A stretch of DNA of 62,598 nt, the filler included, from Asterionella formosa (taxonomy: Eukaryota), in assembly GCA_002256025.1 (NCBI GenBank). It is 26 parts of 26 records of this genome, joined end to end, with 100 filler letters (N's around TTAATTAATTAA, not from the genome) between each part and the next. Parts side by side here need not be neighbours in the genome. Positions count along the whole stretch, not along the records: positions 1 to 2,317 come from NKIB01000001.1; positions 2,418 to 4,734 come from NKIB01000002.1; positions 4,835 to 7,150 come from NKIB01000003.1; positions 7,251 to 9,565 come from NKIB01000004.1; positions 9,666 to 11,981 come from NKIB01000005.1; 21 more parts are not named here. One strand, written 5' to 3'. Below the pieces are notes generated by a model. It was given only the letters and a program-made list of their open reading frames with translations. It searched no databases and was not told the DNA's origin. The position numbers and the translations under genes were made by a program. The first letter of the stretch is position 1. Each line of letters starts with the position of its first letter. Positions 1 to 11,356 of this stretch are shown here, piece after piece.

Positions 1-14
1 AGAAAACACACAAA

Positions 15-1367
15 ATGAAGGATCGAACAAGCAACAATACACCCTTCCGTTCTCTCTGCTGCTTGTTCTTGTTGTTGCTTGGCCAAGTAATACTGACACC
101 TGGATCGGCTTGGTCAAGTGCCATCACGTACTCAAATAACAGACTTAGAAATTCTAGTACATCTCGAACTCAACTTTGTATGGTTACTCACGAGACTATT
201 CCGGCTACTACTGCACTATCAATGACATTTGAACAACTTTCCATGTATTTGGGTGGCAAGGGGCGTGCTCAAGCATGTTGGGAATTGTACAGACTTGGGG
301 TTGATCCATTATGGTATTATAACAGCAATAACGACCAAAACGAGCAAGAATACAATCACGATGGACTTGGTACTGGATGGACACGGAAACAATTACAAAC
401 AACACTCAAGGCCTCCACCATGGGAGCAGATGCCATTCAACGACTAGCTCAATTATTCACATGTTCCACCACAACACTCACTCATGTGAGTCGGTCCACA
501 GACAAAACAACCAAACTATTGCTAAGATTGCAGGACGGATTGCAAGTTGAGACTGTCATTATTCCGTCCAAAGACCGTTGTACGTTGTGCATATCCTCGC
601 AAGTTGGATGTCGTCAAGGTTGTGTCTTTTGTGCTACTGGCCGAATGGGAATACTCCGGTCGTTAACATGTGACGAAATACTCAGTCAAGTGGTTTGGGC
701 CAATCAAGCATGTCGATTGTTGGAGGGTCTTACTGAAGTAGACAATGTGGTGTTTATGGGAATGGGGGAACCTGCTGATAATGCGTCTGAAGTGGTACGT
801 GCGGCACATCAATTGGTGGATCGGAATTTATTTGCAGTTTCTGCCAAACGAATTACTATTTCGACCGTTGCTCCAACTCCACAAGCATTTTATGAGTTAG
901 CTCAAGCTCCTGTGGTGTTGGCATGGAGTGTTCATGCCAGTATGGATAGTGTACGGAAAAAATTGGTACCAACGACAAAGTATACCATGGACGAGTTACG
1001 AGAAGGCTTGTTGGTGGCATTGGACGGTCGATCTAGATCATTGAAATCAACAATGTTGGAAATAGCATTGTTGGAGGGAATTAATGACAATGAACACGAT
1101 GCTTTGCATTTAGCAGAATTTTGTCAACCGTTGATTGCCGCAGTCCCAAAGTTGGTGGTGAACCTAATACCCTGGAATAATATTGGAGCCACGTCGGGAT
1201 GGGCCACGGAATTTAAGCAACCATCCTTGGAGCGCATTTTGGCATTTCAACAAGTGTTGACCAAGCATGGTGTTCTTTGTAGGATTCGAATGACTCGTGG
1301 TGATGAGGAGGGATCAGCATGTGGTCAACTTGCAACAAAAGTAACAAAAAGCAAGCAAAGCAATTGA
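15..1367 (+). CDS. rlmN: RlmN/Cfr-family radical SAM RNA methyltransferase, probably plastid-targeted
   Basis: VETV, TLCISSQVGCRQGCVFC (CxxxCxxC plus upstream Cys), MGMGEP, NLIPWN and C-terminal ACGQL motifs. The N-terminus is a hydrophobic signal peptide followed by a Ser/Thr/Arg-rich stretch. Confidence 0.93.
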   Translation: MKDRTSNNTPFRSLCCLFLLLLGQVILTPGSAWSSAITYSNNRLRNSSTSRTQLCMVTHETIPATTALSMTFEQLSMYLGGKGRAQACWELYRLGVDPLWYYNSNNDQNEQEYNHDGLGTGWTRKQLQTTLKASTMGADAIQRLAQLFTCSTTTLTHVSRSTDKTTKLLLRLQDGLQVETVIIPSKDRCTLCISSQVGCRQGCVFCATGRMGILRSLTCDEILSQVVWANQACRLLEGLTEVDNVVFMGMGEPADNASEVVRAAHQLVDRNLFAVSAKRITISTVAPTPQAFYELAQAPVVLAWSVHASMDSVRKKLVPTTKYTMDELREGLLVALDGRSRSLKSTMLEIALLEGINDNEHDALHLAEFCQPLIAAVPKLVVNLIPWNNIGATSGWATEFKQPSLERILAFQQVLTKHGVLCRIRMTRGDEEGSACGQLATKVTKSKQSN

Positions 1368-1392
1368 AAACTGTACTCTATAAATATCAACA

Positions 1393-2268
1393 TCATCTAC
1401 TATTACTCCAAGGAAATGACGGTAGTCCAGAGTAAAACTGAGCTGCAAGTACGTTGCTAGATACTTCAGGCTTTTGTCCTGGTCGACACACCACATAATA
1501 AGTGGTTCCAAAGTGCCAAGTATCCACTCGATCAACTACCAATCCCGCTTCATCTAGTATATGGTCCAAGTCGCGGTTCCAAACACACCCCCAATTCTTC
1601 GCGTGTCGTTCCGCATGCTTGTCAAGATAGCGAGATAGCGAATCCCAAATTTTGGTTCGACCATGCTCTAATAACAATATCTTTCCATTTGGTTTGCAAA
1701 CTCTAGCCATTTCTTTCAATACAATCACTGGATCGTCGTAGCTGCAGAGTCCAAATGTGTCCACAACAGTATCGAAACAGCGATCCGGAAACGCCAAGTT
1801 GGCCGCATCAGCTTCCATGGTGGCGAATCTTTTTCGATTCTTCTCGTCATTTATTTGATGCAACTTGGTCTTGGCTCGCAACAGCATTTGATCCGACACG
1901 TCGGAAAGTACCACTCGATCCACTCCCTTTTTGGGATAGTACTCAATATTCCGGCCTGTTCCAGCCCCCACTTCCAAGACAGTTCCCTTAGCATGTGACC
2001 ATAACAGCAACCACCTTAACCAATTGATTCCCATGACAGCTTCGTCTCGGCCAATTTGGGAATCATAGAACTCTGCCACCTTTTGAAAGGTTTGATTGCG
2101 TTGGGGATCCGTGACAAAGGAAAACCCATCCTTGGTATCTTCTTGGACTTGTGTCAATTCCTCTGATCCATGTGTCATGTACTTGTACATAATGATGGAA
2201 GTGGATGCATAGATGATACCTCCAGCTGCGACCATGACCGTTCGTTTCACATTGACCGATGACGACAT
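1393..2268 (-). CDS. Class I SAM-dependent methyltransferase, OMS1-like (Methyltransf_11 type)
   Basis: Motif I VLEVGAGTG, FDTVVDTFGLCS, CKPNGKILLLEHG, HAKNWGCVWNRD, and an N-terminal hydrophobic anchor as in fungal OMS1. Confidence 0.85.
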   Translation of the reverse strand: MSSSVNVKRTVMVAAGGIIYASTSIIMYKYMTHGSEELTQVQEDTKDGFSFVTDPQRNQTFQKVAEFYDSQIGRDEAVMGINWLRWLLLWSHAKGTVLEVGAGTGRNIEYYPKKGVDRVVLSDVSDQMLLRAKTKLHQINDEKNRKRFATMEADAANLAFPDRCFDTVVDTFGLCSYDDPVIVLKEMARVCKPNGKILLLEHGRTKIWDSLSRYLDKHAERHAKNWGCVWNRDLDHILDEAGLVVDRVDTWHFGTTYYVVCRPGQKPEVSSNVLAAQFYSGLPSFPWSNSR

Positions 2269-2317
2269 GGCTGATGAGGATGATATTTAGGAGCAGAAGA
2301 ATATTGGAGCTTGCCTC

Positions 2318-2417
2318 NNNNNNNNNNNNNNNNNNNNNNNNNNNNNNNNNNNNNNNNNNNNTTAATTAATTAANNNNNNNNNNNNNNNNNNNNNNNNNNN
2401 NNNNNNNNNNNNNNNNN
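2318..2417. other. Artificial contig-joining spacer (44 N + TTAATTAATTAA + 44 N); first of 25 identical spacers
   Basis: The same 100-bp spacer starts at 2318, 4735, 7151, 9566, 11982, 14397, 16812, 19227, 21641, 24055, 26466, 28877, 31288, 33698, 36108, 38518, 40927, 43342, 45751, 48160, 50569, 52976, 55382, 57788 and 60194. Intervening contigs are 2305-2317 bp. Confidence 0.99.
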
Positions 2418-3470
2418 CCGGTAATTAGACATGAGAAATCATCAATGATTCCGCCTTGAATTAAGCATAGTTCTGCTACTCGATCACAACAATTGGTACA
2501 GTAACTGCAGGGGTTTGTTGGAGACGCTTCCGGGGCGCAGTCTGCATTGAGGAAACCAAGTTGGTTGGCGAAAGTAGCACAAATTTCATTTGGTACAGAA
2601 CCTTCAAACATGTTCAAATGCAGCCACAGGAGGATCGCCTTGTCGAGCATTGCAATTTCAATGGGAATAGTCCCCCAAAAATGATTCCTTCGCATACCAC
2701 GATCCACCAGATTTGTAAGTTCGCTAATGCGACTGCTGAGTGTTCCAGTAAGCTCTGTATCATAGAGTTCCAATCGGCTGAGTTTATGAATATTGTAGAT
2801 TTCGTCAGGGATCTTCCCCGAAATCGAACAGGAAAAGATGCGGAGGTCTATCAAGTTCTTGAGATTTCTAAGGTCGGAAGGAAGTTTTCCTTTCCAATTG
2901 TTCTTTTGTGTCCACAATTCGATTAGTTGAGTGCAACGGCCGAGCTCGGAGGGCAAACTATCTTGAAGCAAATTGGTGTCGAACCGAGTGAACATCAAGG
3001 ACCCAAGGTTTCCAATATCTGATGGTAGGCTGCCTGTCAATTGATTTTCGCGAACATGAAAGCCTTTCAGGTTTGTCAACTTTTCACTCTTGGTCCTTTT
3101 GATCCAGTCAAATCGTTCTCAGCGAAATTCAGCTGTTGCACGAGAGTGGCATCCCACAATTTGTCTGGAATGGTTCCAGTCAAAAAGTTTCCACGAAGGT
3201 CTAAATTTATCAAATTTCTTCATCCTTGCATATTCGGCTGGTATGGTCCCTTCGAAATCATTGTAATAAATTGCAATGGATTGCAAAGTATCAAGACCAG
3301 CAAGTTCCGAGGGTTAAGTTCCTGTAATGTTTTGTCCCACGAGGGGGCGAATGTACCACATCTGTTGCATCGCAAGTCACACATGCCCATTCACATTCAT
3401 GATTCGGAGACACCAGCTGACGCTTGGAATGCTTTCTTGTTCAAAGGAATCATTGGCATCTGATCAAGTA
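2418..3470 (-). pseudogene. Frameshifted leucine-rich-repeat protein (diatom LRR-receptor-like type)
   Basis: ORF 2366..3079 has plant-type LRRs (NQLTGSLPSDIGNL, NNWKGKLPSDL) and a C-terminal ADC...CSYCTNCC cap. Other frames upstream give an LRRNT cap (HECEWACVTC) and more LRRs (YNDFEGTIPAEY, LRGNFLTGTIPD) separated by frameshifts. Confidence 0.8.
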
Positions 3471-4054
3471 CGTAGCTAAATGTAGAGCAGGCTCTCCTCT
3501 TTCAATAGGTTTGTTTAATTAGTAATGAAGCTTCATAATTCAAGAGATGGGGAAGTTTTGAAAGTTGACGATTATGGTCGACTGTTTGACTGTCAATACA
3601 TAATTTTTACTTCGTACCTGAGGACAATTTTATATTCAAATTCTGCTTTCGATTACCCTATAATTGTTCACTCTAAAGCCTTTTTCCTGCCACAATATTA
3701 TTTGTCCATCGCATCATCTACCCATTTATTATTAACTGTCTTTTCTTTAACCTTAAATAATAATGCGCTTGCCTCTAACTCAATATTATTTCAGTTTTTG
3801 TGTCAATAATCTCACTTTCCTTTGTTTTGATGATGGTTTGATATAGATTTATATTGGGATTATTTACATTTGTCACTAATTAGTGTTCTGCTTACATTAG
3901 GCTACTGGCTGGTTTGGCATCACTACTTTGACAGATGTCAGACAAGCGAGAATGTTTTGATTGCTTGCTTGTTTGCTTCTCCACCTTGCTCCACTTCCGC
4001 CTCCTTGTTTTTGTTGCTTCCTTCATATTCCTCCTCTCACCCTTCATATTCTTC

Positions 4055-4734
4055 CTCGCGTTTGATCCCACCTCGTCAACAAAAAGCAGCCGGTCAGGAG
4101 GACAAATCAAATAATAATTCGTCTGGATTCCCAATGCATCCTTTTCCTCAAGTAACACTACGCACTCCTTCTTTATTCAATCATTCCTTATTTGGGAATT
4201 CAACAGCAATCCCTCCCCCCGCAACCATCTCTTTGTACACTTTCTCATACATTGCTTCAAAATTATTGTAAGTGCACTAATCGGCTCGCTTGCTTTTAAA
4301 TTTGACACCTTGTGTAGCGGTCACTAAATCTTTGTTCCTTTTCATGAACCCTCTCCAGTAACCCATTCCAAGTTTTGGATCTTTATTTAATCGGTATGCA
4401 GAAGAATGAGTTTGTCTCCATGAATTAACGCTGTCTCCTATTTTGGTTCCGGATATCAGGAAGTGGGCAAGTCAAAGACAATCACTGACAGATATAGGAT
4501 TTCGCATTCGGGCAAGTTGATGAATCAATTCCACCATGTACGGTTCTATTGCAAGCATCGGGCTTACCCTTCCATGTCGGTGCCCCATTTTTTGTGAGAC
4601 TCTGTTAACAATTGTGCTCTTATTCATGAACGTTTCTTCTAGCAGCCCATTCCTTGCCTTACTTCTGCTATGATCATCGCAAGTGTTCAAATTTTTACTC
4701 GCCTGGTGGCATCTTTGAAATTTTCTTGAGCAAC
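4055..4734 (-). mobile_element. Degenerate pogo/Tc5-like (DDE_1-type) transposase relic
   Basis: Minus-strand reading through stops and frameshifts: SPMLAIEPYMVELIHQLARMRNPISVSDCL*LAHFLISGT...LGMGYWRGFMKRN (CENP-B HTH-like)...RAD*CTYNNFEAMYEKVY...PDRLLFVDEVGSN (first catalytic-D-like motif). Confidence 0.55.
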
Positions 4735-5025
4735 NNNNNNNNNNNNNNNNNNNNNNNNNNNNNNNNNNNNNNNNNNNNTTAATTAATTAANNNNNNNNNN
4801 NNNNNNNNNNNNNNNNNNNNNNNNNNNNNNNNNNATTTGTTGGTGTGATGTTTAGGTTAAAGCAAAACGAGGACATAAGTGCAGACGTCGGTGCCCCGGA
4901 GTCAAGTTGATAATTACAGTACTCCTACATTTAGATCAAAGTCCAGCAATTTTTTAATGATTGTTCATATTGATACATCTTTAACAAATTATTCACTCAC
5001 TACCACTACCTGGTACTACTAGATA

Positions 5026-5432
5026 TGTCAAGAATATTAGCCCGAGTCACAAGGATTGTGGACTCGATTGTAATCCAACGAGTCAAATATTGCCTCGTCA
5101 ATCAGCTATCTAATGAGATCAAAGATCGAAGATTTCTATGGAAATGTTAAGTGGAAACTCGAATAGAGTCTTAGAAAGACTTCGCGGGAAGCAAAGATAC
5201 ATGGAAAGGAAACATTTAGTTTAGCTTATAATTTAATTTGAGTTTAGATTATCAATCAAGGAAGCAGTGTGTTCATTGGCTGGTGACAGGCAGGTCAATT
5301 AGTTCATCTAGCAGGAAGGCTAGAAGCAGAGAAGAGAGAGAAAGTAAGTGGTACTAGGTAGTACTACGAGCACGTAAGAGTCTACGTGAAGATAGACCCA
5401 GCCCGTGGGAAGGAGTACAGACCTTTTCAACA
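5026..5432. mobile_element. Solo-LTR-like element, copy 1 (407 bp)
   Basis: Begins TGTCAAG and ends TTCAACA (TG...CA). It is the reverse-complement homolog of 19672..20083 and similarity stops at these termini. No PBS or PPT seen. Confidence 0.75.
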
Positions 5433-6877
5433 TAAATTATCACAGATAGTGATTAGAAAATCACCCAGACCATCAGGGATAATGATTTTTGCACACACTT
5501 CAGCCACCTGAACAGAGCACATCCTGTTACACAGTCTAGTGGTTTTCACTGCAGTTGCTTACCAAAACTCTGAGCCAGTCAGTACCAATTACATTACAAT
5601 TAAGCTGGTCCATTACCTTGTTCATCGCACAAAAGCTTCCGAAAATGCACAATTTGTTAGTCAACAAGGGAATTTGTGATTACTTTTTTTGACAATATAT
5701 CTCAATAATCATTTCTATCAATGATAGAAAATTTTCCTAACTAGATTTTAAATGACTCTTTTGGTTCACTAAAGAGAAAATCCAAAAATATTAACAATTT
5801 TTGTATTGTCATCAAAATCATCAGTAAAATCAGTGTCAATCTCTTCTCCTTAAGAAATTATGATCATGTCACACCTAAATAGTGTTAGTACTGGTATGAT
5901 AAGACAATGCTCAAGAAATCATTCATGTCACTGTGCAGTCAGGCAAAACTAAAGCAATATGATAAATGGGACGAAGAGATTTGGAATGCTCAGCATATGG
6001 AAGGATTGGAGGAACAGGTGGAAAACAGACAAAATGATCTCTATGAAGATTAGGGAGGGTGAAGGCATGTGTGTAGTTGCAATTTCATGAGGGACAAGAA
6101 GGTGTCATAAGACAAGCAGGCTACATCAGTCCTAATATTAATTCCGCAAACCTGTAGCTGTTGATAATTCATAGAAGGGGAGAATGACCGGCTTCGAGAA
6201 AAATGCTTCATAAATATCATGCAAATTGATTTCATGTAAGGATTCATCAGGATGGATGTGTTCAGGATGATGGGCATGCCTGACAATTGTTCATACTTTG
6301 ACAGTTCTTCTGAGCAGTTGCAGCACGCTCAGCATGGAGGGATTAGCAAGATTGTATGTCTGAAGAACGGCAGTTTTGGCATGGGAGAGGAACAGCAAAA
6401 AGAAGAATGACTTCAACTAGGACCACAGGCAACACAGCACTGTGTATCCTCACATTGAAGGAAAGAGTGGGAAGGGGAAGGTTTGACGATTTGATGAATG
6501 CTGTTAGTTAGAAGTACGAGGGTTACAAGTTGGAGTTCTAGTGTTAGAGACCTGATGAGCAGAATGGGGTATTGGTAGTTCATAACTTCAAGATAGGGGT
6601 CGGTCTGAGTAGTCGAGAACAAGAAAATCACGTGAAAAAATTGCGGCATTGCTTGTTGCACTGTTTGAACAGAAATAAATAGAAACGGAGAAGCAGTGGG
6701 TTGAAAGATACCTCACAGAGTGTCTACAGCAACGAAAAATGAGTAGCTAGCTTGTTGAGGGGTAACGCCACAGAAAAGGGCTCAGTAATGCACCTGGAGC
6801 TCACAATAACTTGAGAACACAATATCAAAATGTAATCCAAATAGTTTAATTCCTGCTGTATTATTCTACTGCAGTTA

Positions 6878-6978
6878 AAGGGAATGGCTTAGTGGTTTAG
6901 CATGTTGCCTTTGATCTGAGGTTATGAGGTTCCATTCCCGCAAGTTTTTTGAGAAGCAATTGCTGGGTTCGACTCCCA
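6878..6978 (+). ncRNA. tRNA-derived/Pol III-like sequence (tRNA pseudogene or SINE-like head)
   Basis: A box TGGCTTAGTGG at 6885-6895, B-box-like GGTTCCATTCC at 6928-6938 at tRNA-like spacing, T6 run at 6945-6950, and a second perfect T-arm TGGGTTCGACTCCCA at 6964-6978. No clean cloverleaf. Confidence 0.4.
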
Positions 6979-7250
6979 CACTCCTTACCGTCCCGCACGG
7001 TCTTGCCTGGTGTGCAAGAAATAGTGGGTTGCCCCCCGACAAGCAGCTTGTGCCGCCTTCCTAGGCGGTCGGAGTTTCCCCTAACGCTACTGCTGATACA
7101 ATCACCTTTCGTGAGAATGTGGTTGGGGACTCACCTACGCTAACAAAACTNNNNNNNNNNNNNNNNNNNNNNNNNNNNNNNNNNNNNNNNNNNNTTAATT
7201 AATTAANNNNNNNNNNNNNNNNNNNNNNNNNNNNNNNNNNNNNNNNNNNN

Positions 7251-9565
7251 CATTCACTTTGCTGTCCACGTGACTTGATTTCAAATCGTCTACGTGCCAA
7301 GTAACTGTGTGCTGTTTGCCATTAACAATGCGATTTGCAACACATGGATCATATGGGTTTACCTTGAATCCAATTGACTCAATATCCTTCCGAAATTTCT
7401 TGTAATATAATAATGATGACTGTAACATGCCATATAATGCCTTGATCATCCTAACATATAGGACCTTGTCGTTTCCTTCATAAACAACATGTTTTCATAA
7501 GTCTCGGGGCTGAGTTCTGTCAACATATTGACAAGTAAACCTCTAATCTTCATAATGATTTGTTCCCCTTTTTCTTTCTCATCGATATCCACTTGCACAA
7601 ATGCATTGGGTATATCTGCAGTCATAACATCGCGATTTTGCTTCGCATCAATTGTTGCTGTTATCATAACAGATTCAGTCATGGTAGTTGGACTGGCTGC
7701 TTCATCTCTTTCCATGTATTCACGTTGCGAACTGCCATTGGCACATGCTCTGCCTTTAATGCTCTTGTCTCTCTTTTCAACCAAAAAAATTAGACTTTCC
7801 ATTGCACGTCGCTTTTCGATATCGGTTAGGTCTTCAATCCTAATCAGTTCAAACACAACTCTATCATGTAGTTGTTTCATTTCTTTATACGCAGCGTCTC
7901 TTCCTTTCTGGCCAAATTTCTTGAGGCCTTTCCTTAAGCTGTATGACTGAACAAAGTGAAATGCTTCTTTATCGATACACATCTCATTCATATAACACAT
8001 TGTCTTTGCGATCACTTTCGCATTATCAGTCGTGTATTCTTCTCGACAGTGTGCTTGGGTATGCAAATGATTTTGGACCATAGTTAGTTTTGATGGTGGT
8101 CTTGAGACTCTTCCAGACCTTGTAGTTCTAAAATTTGGGTCTGAGTCATCCTGAGTGCTTGGATTGACTTCTAACAATGCCTCTTCATTTTCAGTTTCAT
8201 TTGCTGGATCTTCATCCTCATCTTGGATTTCATCTGAATTCATTTCAATATTATTCTCATTGTTGCCCTCGTCAGGTTCAGGGTCATCCTCTTGAGTATT
8301 GTTGTTTAATTCAAGCTGTTCTGCTTCATATATTTCATCTGGAGTCATTTCATCATAGTCTTCTTCTCTGAGAATTTCATCATTGCTTTTGTTGTCACTA
8401 GCATCTTGATCTTCATAATCTTCATCTTGTGCATCTTCAAATGCTTCGTTATCATAATCCACTCCTGCAATCCAAGCACTATCATAAAATAGTTGTCCCG
8501 TTCGATTTGATATCTTGAGACCATCTGGCACATTGTCCTGCACAGCAAGGGCGTGTACTTGATTCATGATTGCTGGGGTAAGTGGTAGAGGAGTAATTGT
8601 TCGTCTAGTGATCAATGAATTTGTAGGTAGGTGTAACAATTCATAACCTCCTTGCACATTGTCATTGTAGCGTAGAAAAATGCAATCTAGGCTGCGAGGT
8701 GAATTAGTGTTTGAAAACACAGGTTCTTCATGTGCTTGGACATAAGTGCCAAATGTGTACTGGCAATGTCGAGCATAGTCCAGGTTTCGTCGATGTAGAA
8801 TCATACGAGGACTGTAATACGGGGATATCCCGTTCTTTGCCAGAAAGAAATTCAGTTTCCTTGCAGATTCTGTCACTAGAATCTTAATCATCAGTCGCGG
8901 CAAATGTTTGAAAGGTAATCGATGATAAGCTGCGCGCACGCGTTCTTTAATCACTCGATTATTTCGCTCCGCTTTGAGAACATGTTCTTGTGGGTTTGCG
9001 TAGTTCATAGTGACTTGAAATTCATTGAAAATTTGTTCCATCAAAGGTCGAAACTCGTTGTCACAGTGGATTGTTGTAATTTTAAATCCTCCGGTATTAT
9101 AAACACGGAATACTTGAATCAAAGCATCTCGATAGACTTCAGCTGTCTGATTCTTGACCCATTGCGCTGTCCTATACATAATGTTTTGAGAAATTGTTGT
9201 GAGAAATGATTGTCCATTGACTTTCATTCCATCCATGCAAAGAGTCACTTCGCGTTGAGCTTGGATAAGCTCCTAAGGAATCTCGATGTAGTCGTTCACG
9301 ACTGGCAGCGGCTTGCGACGAGTTGTCTTGCCTTTTAGTGTTCCGATGTCAGGTCCAAAAATTTTCTCTGCAATTTTGATATCATCGGTAGTCACTGGAT
9401 TATTGTTGATCGTATTCATATGAATTATTGCCTTGAAATCGTTAATTGATGGTGTACCCAAGGCATGAAATAGATCATGAGCTCGCTTAGCTCTCTGAAA
9501 TTGACGTTCAGTGTAAAATGTTTTGTTTTCTTCAAGTGTATTTAACATTTGAGCATTCTCCGCTC
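7251..9565 (-). mobile_element. Ty1/copia (CoDi-like) pol fragment, integrase to reverse transcriptase, disabled
   Basis: Integrase IHCDNEF / EHVLKAERNNRVIKER, acidic linker, RT KGRACANG, ADIPNAFVQ, KALYG, PYDPCV, WHVDDL. In-frame TAG at 9273-9275 and a frameshift near 7490. Confidence 0.92.
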
Positions 9566-11329
9566 NNNNNNNNNNNNNNNNNNNNNNNNNNNNNNNNNNN
9601 NNNNNNNNNTTAATTAATTAANNNNNNNNNNNNNNNNNNNNNNNNNNNNNNNNNNNNNNNNNNNNAAGTCTACAGCAGATTCATTTGAGGAGAATGTTGC
9701 ATTTTCATGTACTTTGAAGGACGTTTCATGATTAACCCCGAATTTGCTGAAAAGTCCCTGTGGTCCGCCCCTGCTGCTGAAAATGAGCCAAATTGATACG
9801 GTGATAAAAAGAGCTGCCGAGATAACACATTTGATCTGACGTCCAACAAAGGAAGCATCGGCTAAGGGCGTATCATCTCTATACACTTCCCTTCCATTCA
9901 TGATACGGATATCTCACTAAAGACGACGAAAGATTGTGCGCTGTGGTACCCAACGGTTTTTTCAGGATAAAAGTACTTATCAAAAGTTTCGCTCTGGGTA
10001 ATTTTGTTGGCTCATCATCAGCTTTTAAATACGATTACTGTCTGTACTATGGCTTGATGCGATTTTTGGGGCGACCGGGTAGACCCTTTTGGCCTAGGAT
10101 TAGCATAAACCCTAATCCTATGGTATATAATATTTTGCGCCTGGATTGGCATGTTATAATCACACCCACCATGTAGTTATTATTCTGTTGCTTTACTCAA
10201 CAATAGAACATCCTCCTGTGCCGCTTCAAATAGCTTTCTTTCCTCCATGAGTAGCGCTTCTATTAAACACTGGAAGCGGCATGGGACAACACATATTGCT
10301 TTACAACACATATTGCTTTTTATATGAACTTTTTTGTTGGGCACGGAGATCCACGCCTAGCTACATGACCAATGGTTTCACACTCTTGAGCTTGATAGTG
10401 GGCAAGCTGGAGCTGAAACTTTATAGGAATGTCTCAAATAAGATCATGTAGAAGTTGCAATGAAGATACAACAATAATTTCACACCCATCGCTGCGCAAT
10501 GGACTTCGATTTCATGTTTGTCATGAATGAATGCAACGATGACAACAACGAGATTGTGGATGCATGTGTACATAAACTTTATACATATGGATGTTATTTA
10601 TATAGAACATTTTACTTCAGCCCAAATTATGTTGTACTGGTAGCCAGAATTATTTTGTATCGGTAGCTACAATGGCTACCCAATGTATTAACTAATTAAT
10701 AGATAAAGGGATTCACAAGTCCCTTATGTGAAGGTCATTACGGTAGATGTTAAAACATTGGTACAGCTTATTAGTACTATAGACAAAGGAAACATGGGAT
10801 GTGCACAAAGTGTGCATGGAAACCACAGAAAAACAGGAGAGATCGGAATACAGGCAGGCTGAGGAAAATTGAGCAACCATGGGAGCCAGCAAAAATTGAA
10901 GAAGTTCGAAAGCAAGCAAGCGACATGTAAACCACGCAAGGAGAATGTCATGGAAGAGTCGATCTGCCAGAGAACAACCATGCAGAGGGTTCAAGGCAGA
11001 AAGCTCTTAATTCTGCAAATTAGCTTTCGACAAAAGGAAATTGTTGATCACCAACCCTTGCAAATTTATAGTCTTTAGATAAAAATTCACCCACCCAAAC
11101 TCCTACCCATGGCTAATGTGCAAAACTCGACTGCAGCTAGTATGGGAAACCCGAAGCAAAGGAACTACCCTAGCTTCTTAGAACCAAATTCAAAAAACCA
11201 ACTATGAGTCTAGATTAGTTGGCGCACCAAATCAAACTCAACAAAGTATCAGAAGAGGAACAAAGGAACATTTGCAGAAAAGGCAGTCGGATGAGTTGGT
11301 AATTGAGTCGAAGTAACTTCGTCTGGAGG

Positions 11330-11356
11330 TATATATATATATATATATATATATAT
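11330..11356. repeat. (TA)n microsatellite
   Basis: Perfect alternating TA run of about 27 nt. Confidence 0.95.

Noticed and set aside
15..2268. Bacterial contaminant or operon (rlmN plus methyltransferase)
   Set aside because: The genes are convergent, and both have eukaryotic-style N-terminal targeting extensions.
2362..2373. TTAATTAATTAA as a biological palindrome, and ORFs ending in X...LIN or X...N
   Set aside because: It is the assembly linker. ORFs crossing it have artificial ends.
5940..6700. Possible decayed retroelement coding sequence on the minus strand
   Set aside because: The composition is suggestive but I could not recover a diagnostic motif.
6878..6950. Functional tRNA gene
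   Set aside because: The acceptor and anticodon stems do not pair properly. Kept only as tRNA-derived.
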